A stretch of 64,000 bases of DNA, from the NCBI GenBank assembly GCA_965237955.1, contig OZ250169.1, forward strand, positions 1,056,001-1,120,000, read 5' to 3'. The stretch is from Candidatus Marinacidobacterales bacterium (GTDB lineage: Bacteria; Acidobacteriota; Vicinamibacteria; Marinacidobacterales; SMYC01). The notes under the pieces are model-generated. The model had not been told where the DNA came from. It worked only from the letters and a program-made list of their open reading frames with translations, and made no database searches. Shown piece after piece: positions 9,401 to 18,244 of the stretch; position 1 is the stretch's first letter; every line of letters begins with the position of its first letter. The position numbers and the translations under genes are program-made.

Positions 9401-10915
9401 CTAATATGGATTCGACGGCATCATATCCCACGCTTGAAGTGTCGGAACCTTGGTCAGGCCACCCTTCGAGAACAAGACCACGCCTTGGCTGTCTGTGCGC
9501 CTCGGATAGATGCGTCGCATCACCGCCTGGCGATTGTTGGCAAAAACCTCGATTACCGACTTGTCCACAAAAACTCGCAGTTTTAGCGGCTCACCGGGCT
9601 TCAATTCAAACGGTCCCGCTTCCACTGACTTCGGCCCTTCGCTCAGGCTCGACTCAGTGGTGTCGACCTTGAGTTTTTTCTCGTTCGCATCGTAAAAGAC
9701 AAGCGTCTCCTCTTCACCGCCCGGCGAGGCACAGACCTTCACACCGAACTGCTCGGCACCGTCGGGTATCATTTCAATCAACAGTTCAATGCTGTTTCCG
9801 CGAATGTTCTCCAATGGCATCTCGCTGTCGGCCTGAATAGTCAAATTCTTAATCTCCTTCGGATTGTATCGCAGCACTTCCAGTTCCTTCGGCGGCCACA
9901 TCCGCAGCATGCCGTCTTCTCCCAACGCTAGGACACGAGGCAGGCTGTACGTGCCCAACCATCCGCTGGTTGGCTTCTTGTCCATACCCCAGGCCTTGTT
10001 AAAAATCCAGGCCCACATGATCCGGCGTCCCTTGTCATCCAACAAACTCTCCGGGGCAAAGAAGCTCCTGTCCACCCAACTCATTTGCTCATGGTATTCG
10101 GGATAGAACTTCTCGTTCTTCCACTGGCCCAGGTAATAGCGAGCACCAAGCGGGTGACTGATACACAGAAGCATGTGTTTATTGCCCAGCTTGAAAAAAT
10201 CAGGGCAGGACACGTCTTCGTTGATGTCTACACCCTCAAGACTATGGGCCATCAAGTCACCGACATACTTCCATTCGCCGTCCAGGCTGTCAGACTTGGC
10301 GATTGCGGGTCTTTCCCCGCCGAAGATGGCGTAGTACGTATTGCCCTCAACCCAGCCGTGCGGGTCCCATGACCGGTACTTGCCATGATGAGGGTCACCC
10401 TCACTGGTTTCTGGAGTAATAGGATTTGAATCCAGCTTCTTCCAGTAGTTCAGGTCATCATCGAGGGCAACTGCCATAGCGTTGCCCTGGCCTACCTGGT
10501 GATAAACTATAGTAGGCACGCCTTCTTTGTTGATGAAGGTGTTTCCGCTGAATATGCCGTCAATCAGTCCTGTTGGGTGGTGACGCCAGTGAACAAGGTC
10601 TACGCTTGATACGTGGCCCCAGCTTGATACGTGGCCCCCGTTCTGCCCCTTGTAGTCCTGGAAAATATAGAAAAGATGGTATCGACCTTTCCAGAATATG
10701 GCTCCGTTGACATCACCGCCTTCCCAAGCAACAAAGTGGTATCCCGGCCGATATGGGTCTTGCAACAGCTCTTCCCTCAAGGCCCGAGTGTTCCGCATCA
10801 TTTCGGACAGATTTGCTTGCACCCCCGCCGTGCTACGATCGCACCGCGCCAGAATGACCGCCACAATGGAGAAGAATAAGAAAATCAAAAAGGCTTTTAA
10901 ACTCGTTCTTTTCAT
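9401..10915 (-). CDS. Glycoside hydrolase family 32-like secreted protein
   Basis: RPGYHF..GDVNG, WGHVSSVDLVHW, WDP, SCPDFF, SLPRVL, LRVFVDKSVIEVFAN; N-terminal signal peptide. Confidence 0.88.
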   Translation of the reverse strand: MKRTSLKAFLIFLFFSIVAVILARCDRSTAGVQANLSEMMRNTRALREELLQDPYRPGYHFVAWEGGDVNGAIFWKGRYHLFYIFQDYKGQNGGHVSSWGHVSSVDLVHWRHHPTGLIDGIFSGNTFINKEGVPTIVYHQVGQGNAMAVALDDDLNYWKKLDSNPITPETSEGDPHHGKYRSWDPHGWVEGNTYYAIFGGERPAIAKSDSLDGEWKYVGDLMAHSLEGVDINEDVSCPDFFKLGNKHMLLCISHPLGARYYLGQWKNEKFYPEYHEQMSWVDRSFFAPESLLDDKGRRIMWAWIFNKAWGMDKKPTSGWLGTYSLPRVLALGEDGMLRMWPPKELEVLRYNPKEIKNLTIQADSEMPLENIRGNSIELLIEMIPDGAEQFGVKVCASPGGEEETLVFYDANEKKLKVDTTESSLSEGPKSVEAGPFELKPGEPLKLRVFVDKSVIEVFANNRQAVMRRIYPRRTDSQGVVLFSKGGLTKVPTLQAWDMMPSNPY

Positions 10916-10957
10916 TTGTTTAATCTCCTTTTAGATTTTCAAATTACCATGCCCTGG

Positions 10958-11071
10958 GGCGTTGGTGTATAAATCCGGACAACCCTAAAGGAATCAGCAA
11001 GTTACGTTTTAGGGCAAAAGTTAGCGGAGTCAATGGAATCAACGACTTACCAGTATTCATGCACCAACGCC
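10958..11071. mobile_element. 114-bp IS5/IS903-type MITE
   Basis: TIR GGCGTTGGTG(T/C)AT(A/G)AAT at both ends; lies 42 bp upstream of the GH32 start. Confidence 0.75.
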
Positions 11072-11265
11072 TGAACAACTTCATCAATGCGACCCTCGCC
11101 GCGACCGTGGCCCAAGCGGAGACACTGGCTTTTTTCGAAGATCGTCTGAAGGATGTAGACCTAGAGGCGCTGCGCCAACGTGTCGAAGCTTTCATGAAGC
11201 GCACGGAGTCAGGCGACGAACCTTCGATCGAAGAACTACGGAAGGCCATGGGCGAACGGTTCTAG
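11072..11265 (+). pseudogene. 3' fragment of a hypothetical gene cut by the MITE
   Basis: The start of ORF 11059-11265 lies inside the MITE TIR; the rest looks coding. Confidence 0.4.
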
Positions 11266-11292
11266 CGCAGCGCGTAGGATCAAAAAACTCAA

Positions 11293-11720
11293 TTACCTGA
11301 GGATTGTCGCCAGCACCTCTCCCGCGCCGTCCTTGATGTTCAACCGTCCATCGGTGGCGTGGGTCGACGGGTTCATCAGAACGACTTCGGTAGCGTGACC
11401 GGCGCCGTTCGAGAACAGCGGAAACATCAGCTGCTCACGCGTTTCGTCCGACGCTTCCTGCAACGGCACGTCGGAGAAGACGAGCTCGCCGCGCGCGTTC
11501 GTCACTTTCTTCAGAAGCGTCAGCCCGACTTCGCTGTCGTAAAAAATCTGCAGCGAGCCCCTAAGCGCCCCGATTCCGAATGTATGTTCGAGATCGAGCA
11601 CCATCTTCTTCCCGAGCGGTACGATGCGCTCGTAGCGGCTGCGATGGTTGCCGTCGACGTCGAAATGGTTCCAGGTAGATCGACGTCCGCTGCGGGCTCG
11701 GCCACACCGCAAAGCACGGC
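11293..11720 (-). pseudogene. C-terminal fragment of a larger hypothetical protein
   Basis: Coding-like stretch (QLMFPLFSNGAGHATEVVLMNP) with no credible start; abuts the truncated amidohydrolase. Confidence 0.4.
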
Positions 11721-11839
11721 CGCGAGCAAGAAACTGGATAGGAGCTCTATCGTCCCTCACCTCCAAGGAATTTCCGCTCCGAGACTAGTCGCGAGACCCG
11801 CGCAGCGACTCGCGCGCGCGCCGCGGGATTGGGTGGAAT

Positions 11840-12839
11840 CGGTGGAACGGCGGAAAGTCGAGCTCGCCTCCCGGGAATGCCTGTCGAAGGGCATCACCAG
11901 CTTTCAAGACGCAGGCTCGTCGTTCGCGACCATCATCTCTTGAAGACGATGGCGGAAGAGGGCAACCTCGACCTGCGTCTGTGGGTCATGATCAGCGGGT
12001 CGAGCGAAGAGCTCGCGGTCAAGCTGCCTCACTACAAGATGATCAATGTCGGCGATCAGCGGTTGACGGTCCGCGCGATCAAGAGAGGGATCGATGGCGC
12101 CCTCGGCTCGCACGGTGCCTGGCTTCTCGAGCCGTACGCGGACATGCCCGAGAGTACGGGTCTCAACACGACGAGCCCCGAAGTCATCTCCGAGACCGCG
12201 GAGCTCGCCATCCGCCACGGGTTCCAGCTGTGTGTTCACGCCATCGGCGACCGCGGCAACCGGGAAACGCTGGATATATTCGAGAGTGCCTTCGAGGCAA
12301 ATCCGGACAAGACCGACCTGCGCTGGCGCATCGAGCACTCGCAACACCTCCATCCCGACGACATCCCCCGCTTCGGCGAGCTGGGCGTCGTCGCGTCGAT
12401 GCAAGGGATCCACTGCACGTCGGACGGACCCTGGGTCGTGCTCCGTCTCGGTGAGAAACGTGCAAGAGAAGGCGCGTATCCGTGGCGCACGCTCTTGGAG
12501 ACCGAAGCCGTCGTTGCCAACGGCACCGATGCGCCGGTGGAAGACGTGGATCCGATCGCGAGCTTCTACGCTTCCGTGACCCGGCGGATGAAAGCGAACG
12601 GCGAGCTCTTCTATCCCGAGCAGCGCATGACGCGGGAGGAGGCGTTGCACTCGTACACGCTCGCTCCCGCGTGGGCCGCGTTCGAGGAGGACATCAAAGG
12701 CTCACTCGAAGTCGGGAAGCTCGCGGACGTCACCGTGTTGTCGAAAGACATCATGACCGTCCCCGAGGAGGAAATCTGCGAAGCGAAGGTGATCTACACG
12801 ATCGTGGGCGGCGACGTGAAATACGAAGGGCGGCGTTAG
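11840..12839 (+). pseudogene. YtcJ-like amidohydrolase (Amidohydro_3), 5'-truncated and frameshifted
   Basis: KGITSFQDAG (other frame), DGALGSHGA, VHAIGDRGN, RIEHSQ, GTDAPVE, GSLEVGKLAD. Confidence 0.88.
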
Positions 12840-12859
12840 GCTGGAAACGCAAAGAAATC

Positions 12860-12938
12860 AACGCAAAGGCGCAGAGACGCAAGGGCGCAAAGTCCGGCTA
12901 GGCTACGCTCTCTTTGCGCCCTTGCGCCTCTGCGTTTG
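12860..12938. repeat. REP-like long hairpin / bidirectional terminator candidate
   Basis: CGCAGAGACGCAAGGGCGCAAAG...CTTTGCGCCCTTGCGCCTCTGCG between convergent genes. Confidence 0.65.
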
Positions 12939-12944
12939 CTTTTC

Positions 12945-13497
12945 TTAGCTTGCGTCGGTGGGGAGGGTCATTGTCAGGCGGCATCCACCTGCGGCGGTTG
13001 GGGCGATCTCGAGTCTTCCGTTGTGGAGCTCGGCCGCGCGCTTGGCTGCTAGGAGCGACACTGCTGCGCCGAAGCCGCCCGGACGCTCGTCCCAGTGGGG
13101 GTCGAACCAGTGGGACCAGGACGATGTCGGCATACGCACTGCGTCTTGGGACACGGTCAAGTTGACGGTGTTGGTGAGCTCGTTGAGCGTCATGTCGACC
13201 GAGAGCCTTCCGCCCCGGCCCGAACGCATGAACGCAAGAATCGTTTCGATAGCGCCCGAAATCGCCACCGCCACGAGCTCTTCGTCGGCCCGGATCGGGC
13301 AAGCGCTCAGGCTTCTCGCGTGGAGCTCGATGCCGAGTAGTCCACGCTCGTCCTCCGAGGCGGTGAGCACGTTCTTTAGAATCGTTGCAGCGTCGAACGG
13401 TCGTCGCGTGAGTGCCGGCTCCGCCCGCAGGATCTCGAGACCGCGCATCAGCCGATTGGCCCTGAGCGCTTCGGCGCGGATGAGACCAACGGCGACG
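12945..13497 (-). pseudogene. 3' half (histidine-kinase ATPase-like domain) of the gene starting at 3423
   Basis: Begins with the second copy of CGTCGCCGT (reverse complement at 13489-13497); GGFGAAVSLLAAKRAAELHNGRLEI...GGCRLTMTLP. Confidence 0.85.
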
Positions 13498-14249
13498 TGC
13501 CTTGGTGCACAACTCGCGATCTCGGTCCACAATTGTCCTTTACTCACGGATTCGAGGTTCCCCATGAGCATTTTCAAACGCACTCAGCGGAAGTATGTGA
13601 AGAAGGCCTATCGCGTGAGGAATTGGCGTGAATATGAGGCGGGTCTACGCAACCGTGGGAGCCTGACCGTCTGGATCTCGCTCACCGCCGGCAAGCTTGT
13701 GAACTGGGACGCGCCCCGGCCGAGGAGGAGGAAACCGGGCCGTCAACGTAAGTACTCGAACCACGCCATCGAGACGGCTGTCACCCTGGGCATGGTGTTT
13801 CACCTGTCATCTAGGCAGAGCGAGGGATTGCTGCGATCGTTGTTCGCTCTGATGAAGCTAGACAATGATGTGCCCGATCACACCACGATCTCGAGGCGCA
13901 AGGCGAAGCTGGGTAAGGTCCCCTTCTACCAAGACAAGCAGAAGACGCCGTTGCACATCTTGATCGACAGCAGCGGTCTCGCTGTCCACGCCGGCCAGCT
14001 GCGCAGAGCACCAAAGAGCAGGGACTATCGCAAGCTCCATCTGTGTGTCGACGAGCAGAGTGGCGAAGGCTATCGTGGGCTCAGCGATGCGAGCGAGAGG
14101 GTTGGCGGCACAGAGAGTCGAGGCAAGGATCGGGTGCAAGATTCTCAACACGATGACGGCGCTCGGGATGCCTGATAGCGAGATGATCGGATGATGGGAG
14201 TCGGGGCCAAGCGAGCTCTCGGCCTCTATCGGAGTTGTGCACCAAGGCA
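13498..14249 (+). mobile_element. IS5-family element with the same 335-bp deletion, inverted relative to 4034-4785
   Basis: Same TIRs, same 752-bp length and same deletion junction (GGCGAAG^GCTATC). Confidence 0.92.
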
Positions 14250-14256
14250 GTGGAGA

Positions 14257-14334
14257 GGTACTTTCGAGTGAACGAACGGATTTCGTTCATTCCCCGATGA
14301 CCTCCGCCCACACGGGCGGTACCATTGCTGTCAA
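14257..14334 (-). repeat. ~78-bp two-hairpin dispersed repeat (copy 1 of 3)
   Basis: Near-identical copies at 31712-31788 and 59272-59348. Confidence 0.85.
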
Positions 14335-14423
14335 GTTGGGAACGTGGACCACAAGATATAGTCGTAGCTGCACCCAACCTGACCACACGATATTGTGGAG
14401 CGTTGTCTCAATTTGACAATACC
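14327..14423. mobile_element. Miniature element with IS6-like ends
   Basis: GCTGTCAAGTTG...CAATTTGACAATACC mirrors the ends of the IS6 at ~35092-35897. Confidence 0.55.
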
Positions 14424-14680
14424 CCGCCGAGCGCTGGATCGGGAGTTGTCGTCGAGAGATGCTCGAGCACGTGGTCGTCCTGAGCGAGCGGCACCTCGTC
14501 CGACTCGTGCTCTCTTACCTCCGCTACTATCACCAAGACCGTGGTCACTTGGGTCTCAACAAGGACACCCCCAAACGAGAGACCCGTCACGCCACGACCG
14601 TCATCGACGGCGAACGTGATCGCGCTGCCACGAGTCGCTGGACTCCATCATCGCTACGAGTGGCGCGAGGCCGCATAGCG
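14424..14680 (+). pseudogene. rve integrase C-terminal remnant
   Basis: LEHVVVLSERHLVRLVLSYLRYYHQDRGHLGLNKDTP, followed by a degenerate C-terminus. Confidence 0.8.
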
Positions 14681-14923
14681 CCCGTTGCCGGTCGTGACGG
14701 GTTCACGTCGCCAGAGCTCTTGATGTTTGCATCCCCCGCTCTTGAACCCGGTGACTCGTGTGCTCCCGACGACGTCACGGGGCGTCGATGCCTGCTTTCG
14801 TCGTGGGTTTCCGTCCGGACTAATAATGATGAGCCACAGGTATCGTTGTCTCCCGTCGAGCGCGGCCCGAATTATGCCTGCACTCACCTTCTGCTTCCCT
14901 GAAGGATTAGCCACACGTCGCTT

Positions 14924-15031
14924 CTGCCGCTCTTGGGCTTCTGCTATGCTCCAGCACGGACGGCATGGACATTTCTCTCATGCACGCGCTGAGAAAATTG
15001 GCGCCGGTACGCATCCTTTAAAAAGGAGGAC
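14924..15031 (+). promoter_or_regulatory. Putative promoter, 5' UTR and RBS shared with the S9 gene
   Basis: CTGCCGCTCTTGGGCTT(C)TGCTATGCTCCA...CTCTCATGCAC...GAAAATTGGC...ATCCTTTAAAA..AGGAGGACATGATG also occurs as the reverse complement at 8836-8973. Confidence 0.65.
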
Positions 15032-16411
15032 ATGATGAAAAAAATCCATAATTCGAAACTTTTTGGGTTGGTGGCCCTCCTGGCTTTTGCTTTGGTTTTT
15101 ATTGGTACAGACTTTATTGAAGGCCAAGTAAGAACAACAAGAGGCAAGCCTGAAAACCCACCTGGCAATCCTGATAACCCTAACAAAGGAGGCCATAAAA
15201 CCCAAGACCGCCCAGCAGACGTTGTGTTCTGGAATTGTTGTGAGGATCCTAGCGGAGGAGATCGTTCAGCGGTTAGTGACACATCTCCCCAGATAGATTC
15301 ATCTACTCAAACAAATACGTCACAATTTGCGAATGCGAAAGAAAAATTAATTAGCATGGGATTCAACGTACCTGGTGAATCACATAAGCAGGAGTTTGTA
15401 GGAAGCTTAGATATACCAATTGACATCAAAGATAGATTTTTGGAAATCTTAGACGCTATAACTAGCGTGTTAGGCAGCTATCCTAATTTTGTCTACGTCG
15501 CTTACAATCGAAATGGCACAGAAGCGGATGCCAAGCCTGTTTTTGACAGGTTGTCTGAAATTGATTTTTCACTAGATGGATTCACTATTGCCGAATTACA
15601 AAGGAAAGCAACCTGCCTTGGAGGATCCAATGCTGGGGAACCCAGAACAGTCACAACTGAACCTTATAGTGTATGCATTCAACATTTAGCTTTTATTCAA
15701 AATCCTTTTAATCATCCACCTCAAGAAACTAAAGCGCACCCAGACAAAATTTTAGGTAGGCGTGTACTTAATTATGCACATGAATATTTTCATCATTACG
15801 AACGAGCTCATGCCTTAGATAGGGGACTTAACTATCAAGGAGATCTAGAAAATCCTCAAACAACCGTGGATGCTCCACCGTGGTGGACAGAAGGAGCGGC
15901 AGTAGCATTCCAAAATGCATGGTATAAAGCAAACTGGAGTACCCTATCCTTTTTTGAAGGTAAAAAATGGGGAGATGTAAAAGTTAGCATTATGTTCAGT
16001 GATGATCCAGGAGTTTATAGAGAGTTTAGACGTGGCATTATGGATGCCCCTGGCAGGAAAAGAGAGGGTTGTACCCCAAATTTTAAAATGGGACCCTATA
16101 CCGACAGATATGACACCGAGCGAGCTCCAGATGCTGATCCATGTCGGGCTTTCATGTTAGCTGTACCATATATCGCATCGTTGACTTCGTACAAAACAGT
16201 GTTAATTGATATACCTCAAGATTACTATGATCTTGGTTTTTGGGGAGCTTTTGAAAAGCATGTGGGTATGAACAAACAGGAATTTTATGATAATTTTAAT
16301 GCCTTTTTGAGGTCTGGTAATCCAGAAGATGAACCACCTGAAGGTTGGGCTCCTCCTGAAGGCGATATAGCATCATATGCTAACTTTCTAGAAATAGTCC
16401 CTAAAAAATAG
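15032..16411 (+). CDS. Secreted hypothetical protein with a zincin-like metallopeptidase motif and the shared leader
   Basis: AHEYFHHYE (HExxH) and downstream PWWTEGAA; strongly AT-rich relative to its flanks. Confidence 0.75.
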   Translation: MMKKIHNSKLFGLVALLAFALVFIGTDFIEGQVRTTRGKPENPPGNPDNPNKGGHKTQDRPADVVFWNCCEDPSGGDRSAVSDTSPQIDSSTQTNTSQFANAKEKLISMGFNVPGESHKQEFVGSLDIPIDIKDRFLEILDAITSVLGSYPNFVYVAYNRNGTEADAKPVFDRLSEIDFSLDGFTIAELQRKATCLGGSNAGEPRTVTTEPYSVCIQHLAFIQNPFNHPPQETKAHPDKILGRRVLNYAHEYFHHYERAHALDRGLNYQGDLENPQTTVDAPPWWTEGAAVAFQNAWYKANWSTLSFFEGKKWGDVKVSIMFSDDPGVYREFRRGIMDAPGRKREGCTPNFKMGPYTDRYDTERAPDADPCRAFMLAVPYIASLTSYKTVLIDIPQDYYDLGFWGAFEKHVGMNKQEFYDNFNAFLRSGNPEDEPPEGWAPPEGDIASYANFLEIVPKK

Positions 16412-16474
16412 GCAATTGGTTTTTGGGACCGCATTGAGTTTGGCTCATTCTTATTAAATTTCCACCTTCTGACC

Positions 16475-17561
16475 TGCCTTGGTGCACAACTCGCGATCTC
16501 GGTCCACAATTGTCCTTTACTCACGGATTCGAGGTTCCCCATGAGCATTTTCAAACGCACTCAGCGGAAGTATGTGAAGAAGGCCTATCGCGTGAGGAAT
16601 TGGCGTGAATATGAGGCGGGTCTACGCAACCGTGGGAGCCTGACCGTCTGGATCTCGCTCACCGCCGGCAAGCTTGTGAACTGGGACGCGCCCCGGCCGA
16701 GGAGGAGGAAACCGAGCCGTCAACGCAAGTACTCGAACCACGCCATCGAGACGGCTGTCACCCTGGGCATGGTGTTTCATCTGTCATCTAGGCAGAGCGA
16801 GGGATTGCTGCGATCGTTGTTCGCTCTGATGAAGCTAGACAATGATGTGCCCGATCACACCACGATCTCGAGGCGCAAGGCGAAGCTGGGTAAGGTCCCC
16901 TTCTACCAAGACAAGCAGAAGACGCCGTTGCACATCTTGATCGACAGCAGCGGTCTCGCTGTCCACGCCGGCCAGCTGCGCAGAGCACCAAAGAGCAGGG
17001 ACTATCGCAAGCTCCATCTGTGTGTCGACGAGCAGAGTGGCGAAGTCGTCGCCGGCGAGCTGACGAGCAAAAGAGCCCGCGATTCATCGCGGGTTGCATC
17101 GCTTGTCGGACAGATCGACAGTCCCATCTCATCGGCCAGAGCTGACACCGCATACGACGCCAGCGGCGTCTATGAGGCGATCGAGAATCACAGCGCTCAT
17201 TGCTCGCCGAGGGTGCTGATACCGCCGCGCAAGGGCGCCCAGCTCGCATCGGGGCCGGCGAGCAGCCGACAGCGCAATCGCAACATTGCAGCACAAGCTC
17301 GGCTCGGCAAACGAAAGTGGCACACAGAATCGGGCTACAGCAAACGGAGCAAAGTCGAGACAACGTTCCATCGCTACAAGGCTATCGTGGGCTCAGCGAT
17401 GCGAGCGAGAGGGTTGGCGGCACAGAGAGTCGAGGCAAGGATCGGGTGCAAGATTCTGAACACCATGACGGCGCTCGGGATGCCTGATAGCGAGATGATC
17501 GGATGATGGGAGTCGGGGCCAAGCGAGCTCTCGGCCTCTATCGGAGTTGTGCACCAAGGCA
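16475..17561 (+). mobile_element. IS5-family (IS903-like) element, full length (1087 bp)
   Basis: TIR TGCCTTGGTGCACAACTC; flanks show no matching TSD. Confidence 0.95.
16541..17506 (+). CDS. IS5-family transposase
   Basis: [48 protein letters not shown]. Confidence 0.95.
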   Translation: MSIFKRTQRKYVKKAYRVRNWREYEAGLRNRGSLTVWISLTAGKLVNWDAPRPRRRKPSRQRKYSNHAIETAVTLGMVFHLSSRQSEGLLRSLFALMKLDNDVPDHTTISRRKAKLGKVPFYQDKQKTPLHILIDSSGLAVHAGQLRRAPKSRDYRKLHLCVDEQSGEVVAGELTSKRARDSSRVASLVGQIDSPISSARADTAYDASGVYEAIENHSAHCSPRVLIPPRKGAQLASGPASSRQRNRNIAAQARLGKRKWHTESGYSKRSKVETTFHRYKAIVGSAMRARGLAAQRVEARIGCKILNTMTALGMPDSEMIG

Positions 17562-18178
17562 ATGTCGGTGCGCTTGTCGACCACTTCGGCACGGGCTTGC
17601 TCGGGGCTCATGTAGGCTGGCGTCCCGAGAATGTGGCCGTCACGGGTCATGTGGGACGGTGCGGTTTTCGTTCTCGACCCGTTTCGAGGAGTCTCTGTTA
17701 TAAAGGGCTTGGCGAGGCCGAAGTCCAGCACTTTGACCAGCCCCTCCGGAGTTATTTTCACGTTGTCCGGTTTGAGATCCCGGTGCACGATCGCTTGCGC
17801 GTGCGCGGCTTCGAGCGCTTGGGCGATCTGCTTGAAGACCGTGAGGATATCGCGCAAGCTCATCGAGCGCGCGTCGAGTCGTTCGCCGAGCGTTTCCCCC
17901 GGGACGAGCTCGAGGATCAGAAAGAGGTTTTCGTCGCGGCGCTCGAGGCCGAAAATGGATCCGATGTTCGGATGATTGATCGAAGCTAACACTCGCGCTT
18001 CGCGCTCGAATCGCTTGACGCGCTCCGCATCTTGGGCCACGGAATCAGGCAGTGCTTTGATCGCTACCTCGCGTTTGAGCTCGGTGTCGCGTGCGAGGTA
18101 CACCTCGCCCATGCCTCCGGCACCCAGCGGAGACAGAACTTCGAAAACACCGAGTCGTGTTCCAGGTTCCAACGCCAT
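17562..18178 (-). pseudogene. Hanks-type Ser/Thr protein kinase truncated by IS5
   Basis: LGAGGMGEVY, VAIK, HRDLKPDN, DFGLAK, GTPAYMSPEQ; cut at DKRTDI. Confidence 0.93.
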
Positions 18179-18244
18179 AGGTGATCTCAAGCCTCGAACA
18201 GAGATCAGCCTAGCACCGCGACTCCATGGATTCCAACATGAAAA

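Noticed and set aside
4786-16474. Classical integron explaining the cargo series
   Set aside because: No tyrosine recombinase IntI and no recognisable attC sites
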